Below are positions 31,290 through 44,400 of a stretch of 64,000 nucleotides of DNA, piece by piece. The stretch is from Blastocladiella emersonii ATCC 22665. Taxonomy: Eukaryota; Fungi; Blastocladiomycota. The position numbers and the translations under genes are program-made. The notes under the pieces are model-generated. The model saw only the letters and a list, made by a program, of their open reading frames with translations. It was not told the origin of the DNA and made no database searches. Within the stretch, counting starts at the first letter, position 1. Each line of letters begins with the position of its first letter. The stretch is taken from NCBI GenBank assembly GCA_025594325.1, contig JANHCV010000006.1, positions 496,001-560,000 of the forward strand. Direction: 5' to 3'.

Positions 31290-32660
31290 ATGGACCGCCA
31301 CTACTCTTCGGGAAGAGGCGGCAGCGGCGGCGGCGGCGGTGGCCGTGGAGGGCATCGCGGTGGGCACTGCGGGGATAGCTACCGCGACGACCGGGGCCGC
31401 AGCAGCGGTGGTAACGGTGGGTATCGCGATGACCGCGGCCGAGATGGAGGGTACCGCGGCGGGAGCAGCAGCGGCGGCGGCGGGCATCGCGACGACCGCG
31501 ACCGGAGCCGCGGCGGCAATGGCCCGCCGCGCAACGACAACCGCGGCGGCCGCGACAGTCGTCCCAGTGGCGGCCGCGGCGGTCACCGCGGCGGGTACGG
31601 CGCCAGCGGCGGGCGCGGCGCATACCAGCACAACCAGTCTCGCGGACCGCATGGCGGCGCCAACACGCACGCGACGCGCAACCACCTGTTCACCGGGGTC
31701 CCGTCGGACGACCCGGCGCACGGGTACCAGGCGTACCCGGAGATCCCGCCGCACGAGTGGTCGGTGCGGTACGTGCGCATGAACGCGGCGACCGAGAACC
31801 TGCGCACCAACAAGGTGCCGCTCGTGATCCCGGAGCTGCGCGTCGCCGACGGCGAGTGGGGCGATGCCCGGCTCGATGCGCCCGGCAGCGTGCCCGATAT
31901 CCCGCATATCGGCTGGCTGCCCGTGTTCCAGCAGAACCCCGGCGCGCCCTGGCATATGGCGGGCGTCGTGCCGACCAACATCCTGCCGCCCGCCGTGTCG
32001 CAGATCAACCTCGAGAAGTCGTGGCCCAAGTGTCTCGACGCGGCTGTCCGGCACGACGTGCCGCAGGTCCACGGCCAGTTCCCGTTCCCGAACCAGCACC
32101 AGCATCAACACCCGCACCCGCACCCGCAGCAGCAGGTTCAGCAGGCCCAGGTCCAGCCGCTGCCCGCCGCCCCCACCCCCGCCCCCACCCCCGCCCCCGT
32201 CCCCGCCCTCGCCGTCGCCGTCGCCGCCGCGCCGGCCCTCGCCCCCATCCCGCCGCCGACCCAGCCGCTCTCGCCCCTGCACGACCAGCTGCATCACCAC
32301 CTCCAACCTTCCGCAGCCGCGGCGGCGGCCGCGACCCCCGAACTCGCCAACGCGATCGCGCTCGTCGCCGCGGCCATGGGCGTCGCGCTGCCGGCCCCGA
32401 CCGCCATGCCGTACGCGGACGCGTACGGGCTGCAGCGCGACAAGGCGCCGATGCCGCAGAACCGGCCGTCGTCGGCGAACGGCGGGGTCGCGGTCACGAC
32501 GCAGGTGCTCGCGGGTGCGTCGCCCGTCGTAAACCCGCGCAAGCGCGAGGCCGAGGACGGTGGCGACGCGGCGAGCGCGGGTGCGTCGCCCAAGAAGGCG
32601 CGAACACGGTTCGAGGATGTGGCCAAGTCGGTGCCGCTGCCGCAGCGGGGCAAGTGGTGA
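31290..32660 (+). CDS. Hypothetical RGG/RD-rich protein with Q/H-rich region and C-terminal NLS-like motif
   Basis: 456-aa ORF: RGG and YRDDRGR repeats, a ~130-aa Trp/Pro-containing middle, HQHQHPHPHPQQQ, and PRKRE..PKKAR. Confidence 0.75.
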   Translation: MDRHYSSGRGGSGGGGGGRGGHRGGHCGDSYRDDRGRSSGGNGGYRDDRGRDGGYRGGSSSGGGGHRDDRDRSRGGNGPPRNDNRGGRDSRPSGGRGGHRGGYGASGGRGAYQHNQSRGPHGGANTHATRNHLFTGVPSDDPAHGYQAYPEIPPHEWSVRYVRMNAATENLRTNKVPLVIPELRVADGEWGDARLDAPGSVPDIPHIGWLPVFQQNPGAPWHMAGVVPTNILPPAVSQINLEKSWPKCLDAAVRHDVPQVHGQFPFPNQHQHQHPHPHPQQQVQQAQVQPLPAAPTPAPTPAPVPALAVAVAAAPALAPIPPPTQPLSPLHDQLHHHLQPSAAAAAAATPELANAIALVAAAMGVALPAPTAMPYADAYGLQRDKAPMPQNRPSSANGGVAVTTQVLAGASPVVNPRKREAEDGGDAASAGASPKKARTRFEDVAKSVPLPQRGKW

Positions 32661-32762
32661 GACGGTGGTGTGTGAAGCAGATGATGAGCGATGCAGAATG
32701 CATTTGTGAACAACGAATCAATGAGCAACAACAACAACAAACTAGGTCGTAAGAAAGAGAGC

Positions 32763-34523
32763 TCAGTACGAGCGGCCGAACAGCGTGTACTTCTTGGCGT
32801 GGCGGCCGCACCCGGCAAAGCACTTGGTGCCCTCCTTGATGTCGCGCGGCTGCTTGAAGGGGATGCAGAGCGACTTGGCGCCCATGGAGGGGGCCTTCTC
32901 GTCGACGGCGTCGGCGCCCTCGGCGGCCGCGACCTGGGGGCGGGCCGAACGGTCCTTGATCGCGTCCTCGCACTCGGGCTCAAGGCACCAGGGCGCCATG
33001 ACGATGTTCTTGGCGTCGAGCAGGGACACGAACCCCTCGCCCTCGTTCCACTCCTCGATGACCTTGAGGTGCGCGTCGCGCTCGGCGGTGGCCTTGGCGA
33101 GCATGTCGGCCTGGATCGTGTCGAGCATGTCGCGGATCGACGACGTCAGGTCGGCCTTGGCGAGCGGGGCCTTGGCGCCCGTGTCGCGGCGGACCGAGAG
33201 GACCTGGTCCTTGGCCATGTCCTTGGGCCCGACCTCGAGGCGGATGGGCACGCCGCGCATCTCCCAGTGGTTGAACTTGTAGCCGGGCGAGTAGTTGTCG
33301 CGCAGGTCGGCCTTGACGCGGATGCCGGCGGCCTTGAGGGTGGCGGCGACCTCGTTGAGGTAGGCGGTGATGGCGGCGCGCTGCTCGGGGGTGGTCTTGA
33401 CGGTGATGCCGCAGGGGACCAGGACGACCTGGACCTGGGCGACGCGGGGCGGGAGGACGAGGCCCTTGTTGTCGCCGTGGACCATGACCATGACGCCGAT
33501 GGTGCGGGTGGTCAGGCCCCACGAGTTCTGCCAGACGTGCTGCTTGGCCGAGTTCTCGTCGGTCACGACAATGTCGAACATCTTGGCGAAATTCTGGCCG
33601 AGGCAGTGCGACGTGGCGCCCTGGATGGCGCGGCCCGTGACGGGGACAAAGGCCTCGACCGTGGTGGTGTAGTCGCCGCCGGCAAACTTCTCCTTCTCCG
33701 ACTTCTGGCCGGGGACCACGGGCACGGCGAGCAGCTCCTCGTAGACGCGGCGGTAGTACTCGAGGATCTCGAGCACCTCGGCGCCGGCCTCCTCCTTGGT
33801 GAGGAAGGCCGTGTGGCCCTCCTGCCACAGGAACTCGCGGGTGCGCAGGAACGGCTGCGGGTGCTTGAACTCCCAGCGGACCACGTTGCACCACTGGTTG
33901 AGGCGCAGGGGCAGGTCGCGGTGCGACTGGATCCACTTGGCGTACGCCGGGTACATGACCGTCTCCGAGGTCGGGCGGATCGCAATGGGCTCGGCGAGGT
34001 CCGACTGGCCGGCCTTGGTGACCCAGGCCACCTCGGGGGCGAACCCCTCGACGTGGTCCTTTTCGCGCTCGAGCGCCTTGCCCGAGACGAACATGGGGAA
34101 GTAGCAGTTCTCGACGCCCGACTCCTGGATGAGCCCGTCGAAGAAGCCCTGGATCTGCTGCCAGATGCCGTACGCCCACGGGCGCAGAATGTAGCACCCG
34201 GACACGTCGTAGTAGTCGAGCATCTCGGACCGCGTCAGCACCTGCGCGTACCACTTGGGCGTGTCCTCCTCCTTCTTGGCCTCGATGCCGATCTGCACCG
34301 CCTTGGACTCGTCCGACTCGGCGGCGGCCGCCTTGCCGGCGGGGGCCTTCTTGGCCTTGGGCTCCTGCGCGGGCTTGGCCGCCTTGGGCTGCTTCTCCTT
34401 CTTCTCCTTCTTGCCTACATTCCGAGGTGATCAGCGCGAGCTCGCGGGTGCGCGGCAGCGGGGGCAGCTCGGACCCTTGGCGGGACTGTTCTGGTTCTGG
34501 GGCTTGGCCTCGTTGGCGGACAT
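32763..34523 (-). CDS. Cytosolic prolyl-tRNA synthetase (eukaryote/archaeal type), one 5' intron
   Basis: [92 protein letters not shown] intron joins the MSANEAK exon. Confidence 0.96.
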
Positions 34524-35185
34524 GGCGGCGGCGGCGGCGGTCGTTGCAAGGGGTGGTGCGGCGAGAGGATCTGTCACGGACGTCGCGGGCGAAGAGGAGG
34601 CGGGTGGCGATGGCGACGGGGACGGCACGGTCGCGAAGGGGCGCCGGCTATTTGCCTGTGCGATCGGCGACCCGATGGGAGTGACGCGCGCGGCCCATGA
34701 CGCCTCCATCGCACTCCCGAGGCCATGACTCGCCCGGCTACCGGCCATCGACGCACGGCCGCGACTTGGTGCAAGCTGCGCGCGCGTGGACAGTGACGCG
34801 GACCGTGTGGGCGCAGTCACCGCGGGGCCGCGGGGGAGCAGCGGGGTGGCCGAGGAGGGCCGCGCGGACGCGATCGGCGGCCGGCCCGCGCGCGAGAGGC
34901 GCAGGAGAGGGTGCATGGTGCGACGCCGTCAAGCGGGGTGGAAATGCGGCGAGTGGCGAGCAAGCTGGCCGAATCCAGTCGGCGGTGAGGGCGGGGTGAG
35001 GTGCAAGGGCGGCCGAGGTGCCAGCGCCATCAGCCGCACTAACCTGCAGCCGCCACGCGCGCGCGAGGCGAGACGAACGCGTCGCTCACTTCGCCGCCGC
35101 CGCCCCATCGCTCTCCCCCCGCCACCTCAAACGACGATACACGAAATCGCATGCACGCGCGCTGAACCAGACGCGACTGGCCGTA

Positions 35186-38100
35186 ATGGGCAGCTTCATC
35201 CACCCGTCCGCCGTGCCCGGCCTGGCGCCGCTGAGCACCGGCGACGACTACGACGACGACTGGGTCATGCCGCCACCCCAGCCCCCGCGGCAGTACCCGG
35301 AACTGCGCATCCGCGATGGCGCCGTTACGCCGCAGCACCAGCTCGCCGAGCCGCCATTGCCGCGCTCGCCCAGCCTGCACCCGGCCCACCCGGCCCGCGC
35401 GATCCCGAGCCCGCGCCGCGCCCAGCAACCGCCACCGCCACCACAAACGCGCGCGAGTAACCTCGACCCAGTGCTACAGCTTGCCGCCGACCTCGCCGCG
35501 CGGTTCCGATCCCTGCGCCTCGACGAGGACGCGCTGCTCGAGCTCACCGCGACCGCGGGCGCGACCACCGAGCTCGCGGCGCGGATCAAGCAGCTTGACG
35601 CGCTCGCGACGCAGGTCCGTGAGGCCCGCGATGCCGTTGCCCTGCGGATCAAGCGCATGAGCACTATCCCGTCGCTGTCCGTGTCCCTCGCGTTTGCGGC
35701 GACGGGGCGGCTCCCGTCGCCGCCCAACAACGACGCGGGCGTCGCGGTCGCGGCGTCGCACCCGACGCGGCAGGCGGCGGCGAGGCTCGATGCGCTCGAG
35801 CAGAGTGTCGCTGTCGAGCTCGCCATGTACTCGCAGTTTCTCGACGGTACGCTCATTCCCCATTCATCGCGATACCATGGCTCACTTGACCAGCGCGTAG
35901 AGGACATGCAGGCCATCCTCGACGAAGCCCTCGTCGAAGACCCCGCGCCCGAGGACCCCGCCACCACCGAGCTGCTCGACGACCACGACCACGACCCGCT
36001 CGAGCACGCCGCCCACGGGAGCGACATCTTCTACCCGGCCTCGGTCACCACCGACCTCGACACGGGCGCCGTGCTCGTCGGCCGCTCGTCCTCGCCCGAA
36101 AACCTCGAAACCTCGCCCATCGCGTGGCGCCCGCTCCCCGAAATCCAGCGTGTCCTCGACGACCGCGGCCTCGGCGCCGCTTCGTGCCTGCGCGCCCGCG
36201 GCCAGCTCGTCGCCGTCGGCACCTTCCGCGGCATGGTCGCCGTGTTTGGGGTGCAGTTCGAGCTCAAGTGTATCCTGTCGGTCGCGCCCAAGGCCAACGA
36301 GCCTATGTCCGCTGTCACCGCCGTCGACCTCGCCGAGTCGGGCCTGTTCGTCGCGTCGGGCCACGACGACGGCAGCGTGTGTCTCTGGAACCTCGCCAAG
36401 GCCAGCCTCGTCAAGAAGATCGCACCGCTGCCCGATCCGCCGCGCGACGCGCCGGTTCCGCCGCCGGGTGGCAAGGGGGCCAAGTACGGCCACCACGCGG
36501 GCAACCGCATCGTGCACCTGTGCTTTGTCGGCAAGTCGAATCGGCGCGTGATTTCCGTCGATGAGCTGGTACGGTCCCTCGCCCGCACCTCACCTCCGTC
36601 ACCCGCGCTAACACCCGTGCGAGTCTAGGGAGTCGCATTCTACCACGTCGTCTCTCTCCAACTCTTCAACTCCGTCGACACGCGGCGCTTCTTTGGCAGC
36701 TACGAGAACCGACTCAACCGGTCCAAGCTGACCACCGTGTTCGCGCTTGCGTCGTACGACCGGTTCGTCGCCCTCGTCACGCCCTTCAAGCTCGTAATCC
36801 TCGACACCCGCCCCGTGCGCACAGTCTACCGCGCCCTGCGTATGAACACGGGCGCCCCCGAGCTCGGCCGCGCCGCCAGCGTGACCGGCTGCCTCACGAT
36901 CGTCGGCAACACGCTCGTCGCGACGTGGACCAACTGGGTCCGCGTCCTGCGGCTCTCGGTGGTTGAGGATCGGTTGACGTACCGCACCGAGCACGAGGGC
37001 ATGCTCCCGCACCCGGTCCTCGTCGTCCGCCCGCTCGACGCGCGGTACCTCGCGTTCCTGACCGACGCCAAGCAGATCGATTTCTTTTCGCTCGACCGCC
37101 GCGCCGTCGTCGAGGCCACCGACGCGCCGCACCTCGTCGGGCTCGACGACCGGCTCGACGTGACGCACAACCTGGGCGACCGCGGCGAGCTCAACTACGC
37201 GCCCGCGCTCGAGGCGTGGCAGGGCGCGCTGCTGACGGTCGGCGACCAGGGCGTCACTTCTGGCACTCTTGTCCCCGCGACCGAGCGGCTCATGGCCATG
37301 GCGCTCGCGGGCGACTGCGCAGCGACCACGCACTTCGCGCTCGACCTCGTCCACGGTGCGGGCAACAGCTACGTGCACGCGCTCGCCAGCGTCCCGACGC
37401 CGCCCACGCTCACGGACCTGGTGTGCGGCGCCGCGCTGCAGTGCCTGCGGAGTACCGGCGACCCCGACACCGCGGTCCCGCAGCTCATGCAGCTCCTCGC
37501 CGTTATCCCCGCGTGCGAGCCGTACCTGTACGCGCAGTTCTACGACGCGGCACGCGACGCTGGGCTCCAGCCTGTCTTCTTCGCGCACCTTTTGGGACTG
37601 ATCCGCGGGCGCGACGCGGCGTCGCTCGCGCCGCACGTCGTGGATGACCTGCTCCGGTTCCTGCGTGACACCGGGCGTACCGACGAGTACGCGGCGGTCC
37701 TCCGGCTCGTCCCGCCGCAACTCGTCGACCTCGACGCCGCGTTCCGCGCGTGCGAGGAGCTCGAGCTCACGGCGCCGCTGCTCCACCTGTACGCCGTCAT
37801 GGGCCAGCTCGCGGCGGGACTCGACGCGGTCGCCGTCAAGGACGCGCTCGCGTTTGTCCGCGACGCCCTCGGGCCCGCGGGCGCCGGCGTCCATGGGCCA
37901 TCGGATCGCAGCGCCATGGTCGCGTGGGTCCTTGACCACCTCCCCGCGCTGCTCACGCTCGAGGACACGCCGGCCGAGATCGTCGTCGACGCGGTCGACC
38001 GTACGCTGCTCCACCTCCGCGACCGCGCCGCGCTCGTCGACCGGCTCCGCGACATCCGCGACGCGGCGCGCGATTTGGGGGCTGAGGGCCAGCAGCAGCA

Positions 38101-39932
38101 CGCGCTCGTCGCGTTCGCGTGCGTCCTCCTCGCGGCCGCCGCGAAACGGTTCCCCAACGAGGCCGCGCTGTCGTCCGCCGAGATGCACGCGCTCCTGTCG
38201 CTGATCGTGACGACGTACACCCACGAGGACGAGGACGAGGGTGCGGTGTCTGTGGCGGGGTTGTGGCCGCCCGTCGCACTCACGCAGTCCGCCGTCGCGC
38301 ATCTCGTCGACTCCCTGACCCTGTCGCCCGACCAGACCGCCGCGCTCGAGGCCACGTGCGAGGACCTCGGCTGGTGGGCCGTGTGCGAGCACATGGCGCG
38401 CGCGGCGGTCCCACGCGATACCGCGCGCCTCGTCGAGTGCGCGGTCCGCGACCCCGCGCGGAAACCTGCTGACCGGTTCGCCGCGCTGCACGCCGTCCTC
38501 GCTCCGCTCGCTGCGTCCGCGCTCGCTTCCCCTCCGCCGGGCGAGGACGGCGAGGAGCGCTGGGATCCCGCGACCACGACGGCCGTCACCCAGCGGTTCC
38601 TCGCGGCGCTCGCCCCGCTGTGCGCCATCGACCCGTTCGAGACCGCGCGCCTCGTCGTCGCTCGCGCCCCGCACCTGTACGCCGCCGCGCACGACGCGCT
38701 CGCGGGGACGCCCTTGCAGCCCGCGTTCCGCATGGCGCTCGCCGAGACGGCCTCGGGCGTGCCGGTCCCGCCCGCGCTCCTGCGGCAGTGTCTCGAGGAC
38801 CTCGCGGCGGCGCCCGCGGGTGCCGATGATGGCGATAGCGAGCCCGCGACGTTCCGGTTCGTGTCGCGGCACTTCCGCCAGGCGCCGCGCGACGACTGGC
38901 CCGCGTGGCTCGCCGTCTGCCAGACGCACCGCCGCGTGTGCGCCGCGAGCGTGCTTCTCGAAGCGCTCGGGCGTACCGACGAAGCGCTTGACGTGCTCTT
39001 GGGGGGCTCGACCGACGCGCAGCACCCCGACCACCTCGCCATGGCCGTCGCCCTGTGCCGGTGCGCCGCGTCCGAACCCTTGTGGGTCCGCCTCGTCGGC
39101 GCGCTCCTCGCTACCGGTCACGGCAACGACGCGGCGCTCCGCGAAGCCCTCCTCGCGATGCGCGCGATCCCATCGGTCCTCGCGCGCCTCGTCCGCGACC
39201 ACTCGGGTCCCGTCCCGCGCGCGCTCCTCGCCGGCCTCGCCACCGCTGTCCGCGCGCACCACGCCCACGCCGATTTCACGGCGGCCCTCGCGCGCGTCGC
39301 GCGTAGCGAGCGGCGGGATCTCGCGGCTACCGTGTTGGCGGATACGCGACGCGGGTTCGCCGTCGCGTTTCCCGCGGCCGCGTGTGCCGCGTGCGGCGCC
39401 GCTATCGATACGGGTGGTCCGCTCCACGCGTGGCCGTGCGCGCACGCCGCCCACGCCGCGTGCTCGGCGCAGGTCGGCGGCGGCGCCGCTGCCCGGTGTC
39501 CCGTGTGCCACCCGGCGCGCGTCGCGGGCGCGCACACGCGCGAGGTGATGGGGAAGAGTCCGGCTGGCGGGAGGGGGAAGCGGCGCGCGGTCGCGGCGCT
39601 CGTCACGGGCTCTGCGGGGGCGGGGATGGGCGGTGGGATGCTGTTGTCGCCGATCATCGGGTCCCCGAGGCCCATGACGCCCGTCACGCCGGGGATGCGG
39701 ACGCCGGGGACGCCGGCTGTGGCCATGTCGGCAGCAGCGGCGGCCGCAGGCGGAGCGGTGGGGGTGGAGAGGAGGGACGAGGGCGCGCCGCAGTTTGTGC
39801 GGCCGCGGCGCAACGACTGGGTACGCTTTCCGGCCACGGCCATCGACCACGACAACACTCACCCGCCATTCCGTGTAGCACGCGATGCTCTCGACCATGA
39901 TCCAGCGACACGAGGACGACGACGACGACTAG
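35186..39932 (+). CDS. VPS8: CORVET subunit Vps8 (WD40 beta-propeller, helical solenoid, C-terminal RING), two introns
   Basis: LVAVGTFRGMVAVF, VTAVDL..FVASGHDDGSVCLWNL, RING-like CAAC..WPCAHAAHAAC..CPVC. Introns at ~36569-36628 and ~39821-39878. Confidence 0.8.
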
Positions 39933-39983
39933 CGGGCTCGCTCGCAATCAGCAATAAATATATGTACACCCCCTCGTCCGCTC

Positions 39984-41464
39984 TCACGCCCCAATCTTCT
40001 TCTTCTTCGCATGCTGCGCCCGCTGCGCTTGCTGCTGCCGCTGCCGCAGGTACGCCGCGTACTCGTCCATCTCGCGCCGCGTCAGCCGGTCCGCGCCCAT
40101 GTCGACGCGCGTCTCGCGTGGGATCCGCAGGCCCGTGTCCGCGAGAACGACTACAACACGATTGCGATGTCAGTCCTACTCAACACCCACCTCGCGCACC
40201 GTTCAACGTACCCTTGAGCCGCATCGGCGGCACGACCCCGCCCAGCGCCTGCTCCGCGAGCGCGTCGAACCCAGGCTGTTCCTGTTCCGCGACCTGCGCG
40301 CTGAGCGCGGCCCCGTCGGCCGACCACGCGGGGATCGGGCGCCGCTGGTCACTGTCGCCGTCGCCGTACCCGTCGCGGTCCCCGAACAGGCCGACGCCGC
40401 GCTCGAGCGTCGCGGGCGAGTACAGCGACATGTGCGGCGCCGTCACGCCCGTGCGCGAAGGGGTGTACAGGAGCGCCTTGACGCCGCCACCGCCGTTGCT
40501 GCTGGTGCTGCTCGGCGGATCGCCGATCCCGCGGTGCGGCGTGCGCCGCGCCGAGGCGGGGGTTACGGACTTGCTGGTGGCGGCGGCCGCGGGGTTGAGC
40601 TTGCTCGGCGTGAAGGTGGATGACGAGGTCGGTGCGGGGAGCTTGGACTACACGTGCGAGTCAGTAGCCGTACGATCAACGGCTGAAAGAGAGCGTACCG
40701 CAGCCGGCGGTTGAGGCTCGGATTCAGACTCGCGCTCGAGCGTCGCCTCAAACTCCTGCAACAGCTGCAGGTCGTGGTCGAACCGCGCCTTGGCCGCGGC
40801 CGCGTCAAAGTCGGGCTCGGGGTCCGAGTCGGGCGTGTCGTCCTCTACAGGCTGAGCAGTCGGCTTGGCCTGCTGCGGTGCAGCTGATCGGACCTGCTAC
40901 ATGCACGACGAATCCGTCAGTTGCCGCGAAATCGACAGCGACAGTCGCGCGTACCTTGGACGGCGGTGCCATGACCTTACTCGCCGCGGCAGCGACCGCG
41001 CTCCCCTTGACCGGCTCGGACCCCGCGCCCGGTGCGCGGCTTCGCGCTGCAGTCGACGACGAGCCCGCGGGCTTAGACGGCGTCGGCGCGACGTGGTGGT
41101 GCGCGTCGGCGTGGCTCGCGGGCAGCTGGCGCAGCCGCTTGAGCGCAAAAGCGGTCGCCGTCGTATTAGTGGTCGGGCGAGGAAGCGGCGCTGGATCGTC
41201 GGCGGTGGACCGCGGGCGCTTGAGCGGGGCAGCAGACGCGGCGACCGACGACTGTGGGACGGTGAAGCGCGACTCGATGGACGTGACGGTCGCAGCGACG
41301 TGGCCGTTGGCGGGCTGCGTGGCGGCGCTACCGTTGCCGTTGCCGTTGATGCGGGCTACACGGAAATTCGGCGAGCGTTAGGGTGGTTCGACCAATCGCG
41401 AAGAAACCCGTACTCGTTGGTGCAAGTCGCGATCCCGCGAGACCCAGCCGCGGCTGCGGCTTGA

Positions 41465-41498
<34 letters not shown>

Positions 41499-44400
41499 GA
41501 CAACCTTGGGCGCAGCCACCTCGCGCGCGGGCGCGGTACTCGGTCCAGGGGCGGAAGCGCTCGCCGCCGCGGCCTTGGCGGTGGACGCGCCAGCGGCCGA
41601 GCTGGACTGGAGCTTGCGCTTCGCTTCGAGCTCGTGGATCCGCTCAGCGACTCGCCGCTGTCGGGCCTCGAGGTCGCTCTCGATCGTGCGGGCGGGAGCG
41701 GGCGCAGGTGCGGAAGCGGTACGGGAAGCGCCGGGACGTGAGGTGGCCGAAGACTCGGCCGCGGGCGCAGCAAGTTTCGCCGCGTTAGGCGCGGGCTTCT
41801 CGGCCGCCGCCACGGGCTCGTCGCGGACGCGCTTGCTCGGCTTGAGCCCCGCAAAAGTCGGCGGAGCGCCGGCCGCGGCGGACGCGGTCGCGAGCGTGGC
41901 CGGTGCGGGGCGCGGCCTGCTCGCCGCCTGGTTCGCGGGCTCGTCGGCCGCGGCGTTGCCCTTCCGCAGCAGCCCGCCGAGCCCGAGCGACGACGAGATC
42001 GTGCGAGCAGCGAGCGACGAGACAAACGACCGCACACCCGACGCGTTCGCCGGCGGCGCCGCGGCTGCAGCGGCAGCGGCAGCGGGCGCGGGCTCCTTGG
42101 CGGGCTCGCTTTTCGCGCGCTCGATCCGTGGCCGTTTCGGCGCGGTGGGCTCGGTGCTCGCGGGCCGCGACGGTGGCTGGGGCTGCAGCTGCAGCTGCTG
42201 GCGCTTGCTGATGGGCGAGCTGTCGGCGGACCCGGCCTCGGACGCCGAGTGCGCGCGCTTGAGCGTGGCGGGCTTGCCCGTCGCGTCGCGCGGGAGCTTG
42301 GACGGGGACTGCTGCTGCAGGAGCGACTTGGACTCGAGCGCGCTGAGCGCTGGGTTGCCCGCCGGGCGCTGGCGCGGCGAGGCTGCAACGGCCGTGGTTG
42401 GCGGACGTGCGGGCGACTGCGGGATCCCGGACCGTGCGGGTGCCGACGGCGCGGGTACAGGTGCGGGCGCCGGCGTGGCGGTACTGGAGCTGGCTGGGAA
42501 CGCGCCGAGCGTCTTGCGCAGGCTCGCCGCGGCAAACGGCGCGGGCGAGTTGACGGCCGTGCCCGGAACACTCGGCCGGACCGGGGCCGGCCGAGCTGCG
42601 CCGCTGGCAGCAGCAGTGCTCGAAGCTCCGACGCGTCGGCTGGCCTCGAGCGCGCGGCGCACCGAAGCCGCCGTCGAGGGGAACTGGCCGGGCGGCAGCG
42701 CGAGCGCCTCGCTGACGATGCGGCGGGTCTCGGATTGCCCGCCGCCGAGGCTGCTGAGACCTGCGCCGAGCGTGGGCGGGCGGGTGAAGGGGCGGAAGGT
42801 GCCGAGGCTGCTGCCGGGGAGGCGAAGCGTCGCGGTGGCCGACGATGACGAGGAAGACGACATGGAGGACAGGAGGGTGCCGGTCAGGGACGAGTCGGCG
42901 CTCGGGGCGGGGGTCGGCGCAGGCGCAAACGAAGGAGCCGCCGCGGGCGCGACTGCAGGTTCGGCCTCGCGCCCAGGTGCGGGCGTGTGCGAAACGGGCC
43001 GTGCCTCGGCGACGGTAGCGGAAGTGGGAGCGGGCGTCGGGTGGTGCGACAGCATCGAGACCGCGGACGCGCGCGAGATGACCGCCGAGAGGTCCATGCA
43101 CCGGTCGTCATCGTCGTCGACAGCTGCATCGTCGGGAACAGCCTTCGGGCGCTGTATGATCGAGACGGCCGACTCGCGAGCGAGGATGGCCGAGAGATCC
43201 CAGCACTTGTCGTCGTCCTCGTCACCGTCGTCTCGACGCGAAGCCGCATCGAGCCCGGCAGAAAAGTTGGACGAGACTGAGCACGGCGACGACTTACCGT
43301 GGCACGCATCGGCCGAGGCGAGCGAGCGCGAGCGCGACCGGCGGCGTGAGCGGAGCGACGGCGACGACGGGGGCATGACAGTCGCCTCGTTGACGTCCAA
43401 GAACGACAGCTCGTGCTTGCCACCGTCGGCGAGACTCAGCGTCTTGGCCGCGCCGAAGCTCAGGGTCCGCGACGCACGCGGCGTCTCCTCGTCCTCCTCG
43501 CTTGAGGGTGCGGCGGCAGCCGGGGTCGACGAGACCGGCGGGGCCGAGAACGCGCTGCTGCGGCGCGACTTGGGCGTCTCATCCATGCCCGCGACGTCGG
43601 CGGGTTCCGGCGAGGCTGGCGCGGAGGCCGGGCGCGGGCGGGTCGACGGTGACGCGGGCAGCGACGGGATCGGCGTCTTTTCGCCGGTCAGGAGCTCGGA
43701 AGCCGGCTCGGCTGACTGCTGCGGCGATAGCGGACGCGGCGGCGAAGCAGCGGCCACAGCCTCGGGTTCGGATTCGGCGAACGCCAGTGCAGGCACGGGC
43801 TCGGCCTCGTCCATGACGATGTCGACTGACGTATCGTCGGGCTCCTGCACCGGTCCGGCCTGCACCGGTTCGGCCAGGCTCGGCGCCGGGAGCTCCTCGG
43901 GCGCCGGTTGCTGCACCGATTCCCGCTCGCGCGCAAGCACCAGTGGTTCGGGAACAGCCGCGGGTTTCGCAGGGGCGGGCGCGACCTGCTTCGGCTCAGC
44001 GAGCGCCTGGATCCGCGCGGCGACCAGGCCGCCAGCGATGGGCGGGGCAGGTGGCGGGGGCACGGCCGCGGCAGATGGCGGCGCGAGACGCGACGGGGTC
44101 GGGATCCCGGTACGCGGCCCGCGGAGCCGCGAGACGGGGGCGCCCGTGACGGGCGACGACGGCACGTTCGCGTCGAGGGCGATGGTGCGGTTGGCAGCGG
44201 CGGCGCGACGTGGGGTCGGCGGGAGGAGCGACGAGGCAGTGGGTGGCGGGGGTGCCGGTCGCGAGGCGGACGGCGGCGGGATCCGCTGCTGCTGCTGGCG
44301 CTGCGGCGGGGGCGACATCGGCGGGGCGGCGAGGGCGGGTTTGGGCGAGGGAACGGGTTCGAGTGCAGGAACGGGTTCGGGTTGAGGTGCAATTGAAGTG

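Noticed and set aside
36608-44385. Very long antisense ORFs (36608-39898 minus, 41383-44385 plus and many similar ones)
   Set aside because: Shadow ORFs of real genes caused by GC-rich codon usage; the translations are compositionally biased and have no motifs.
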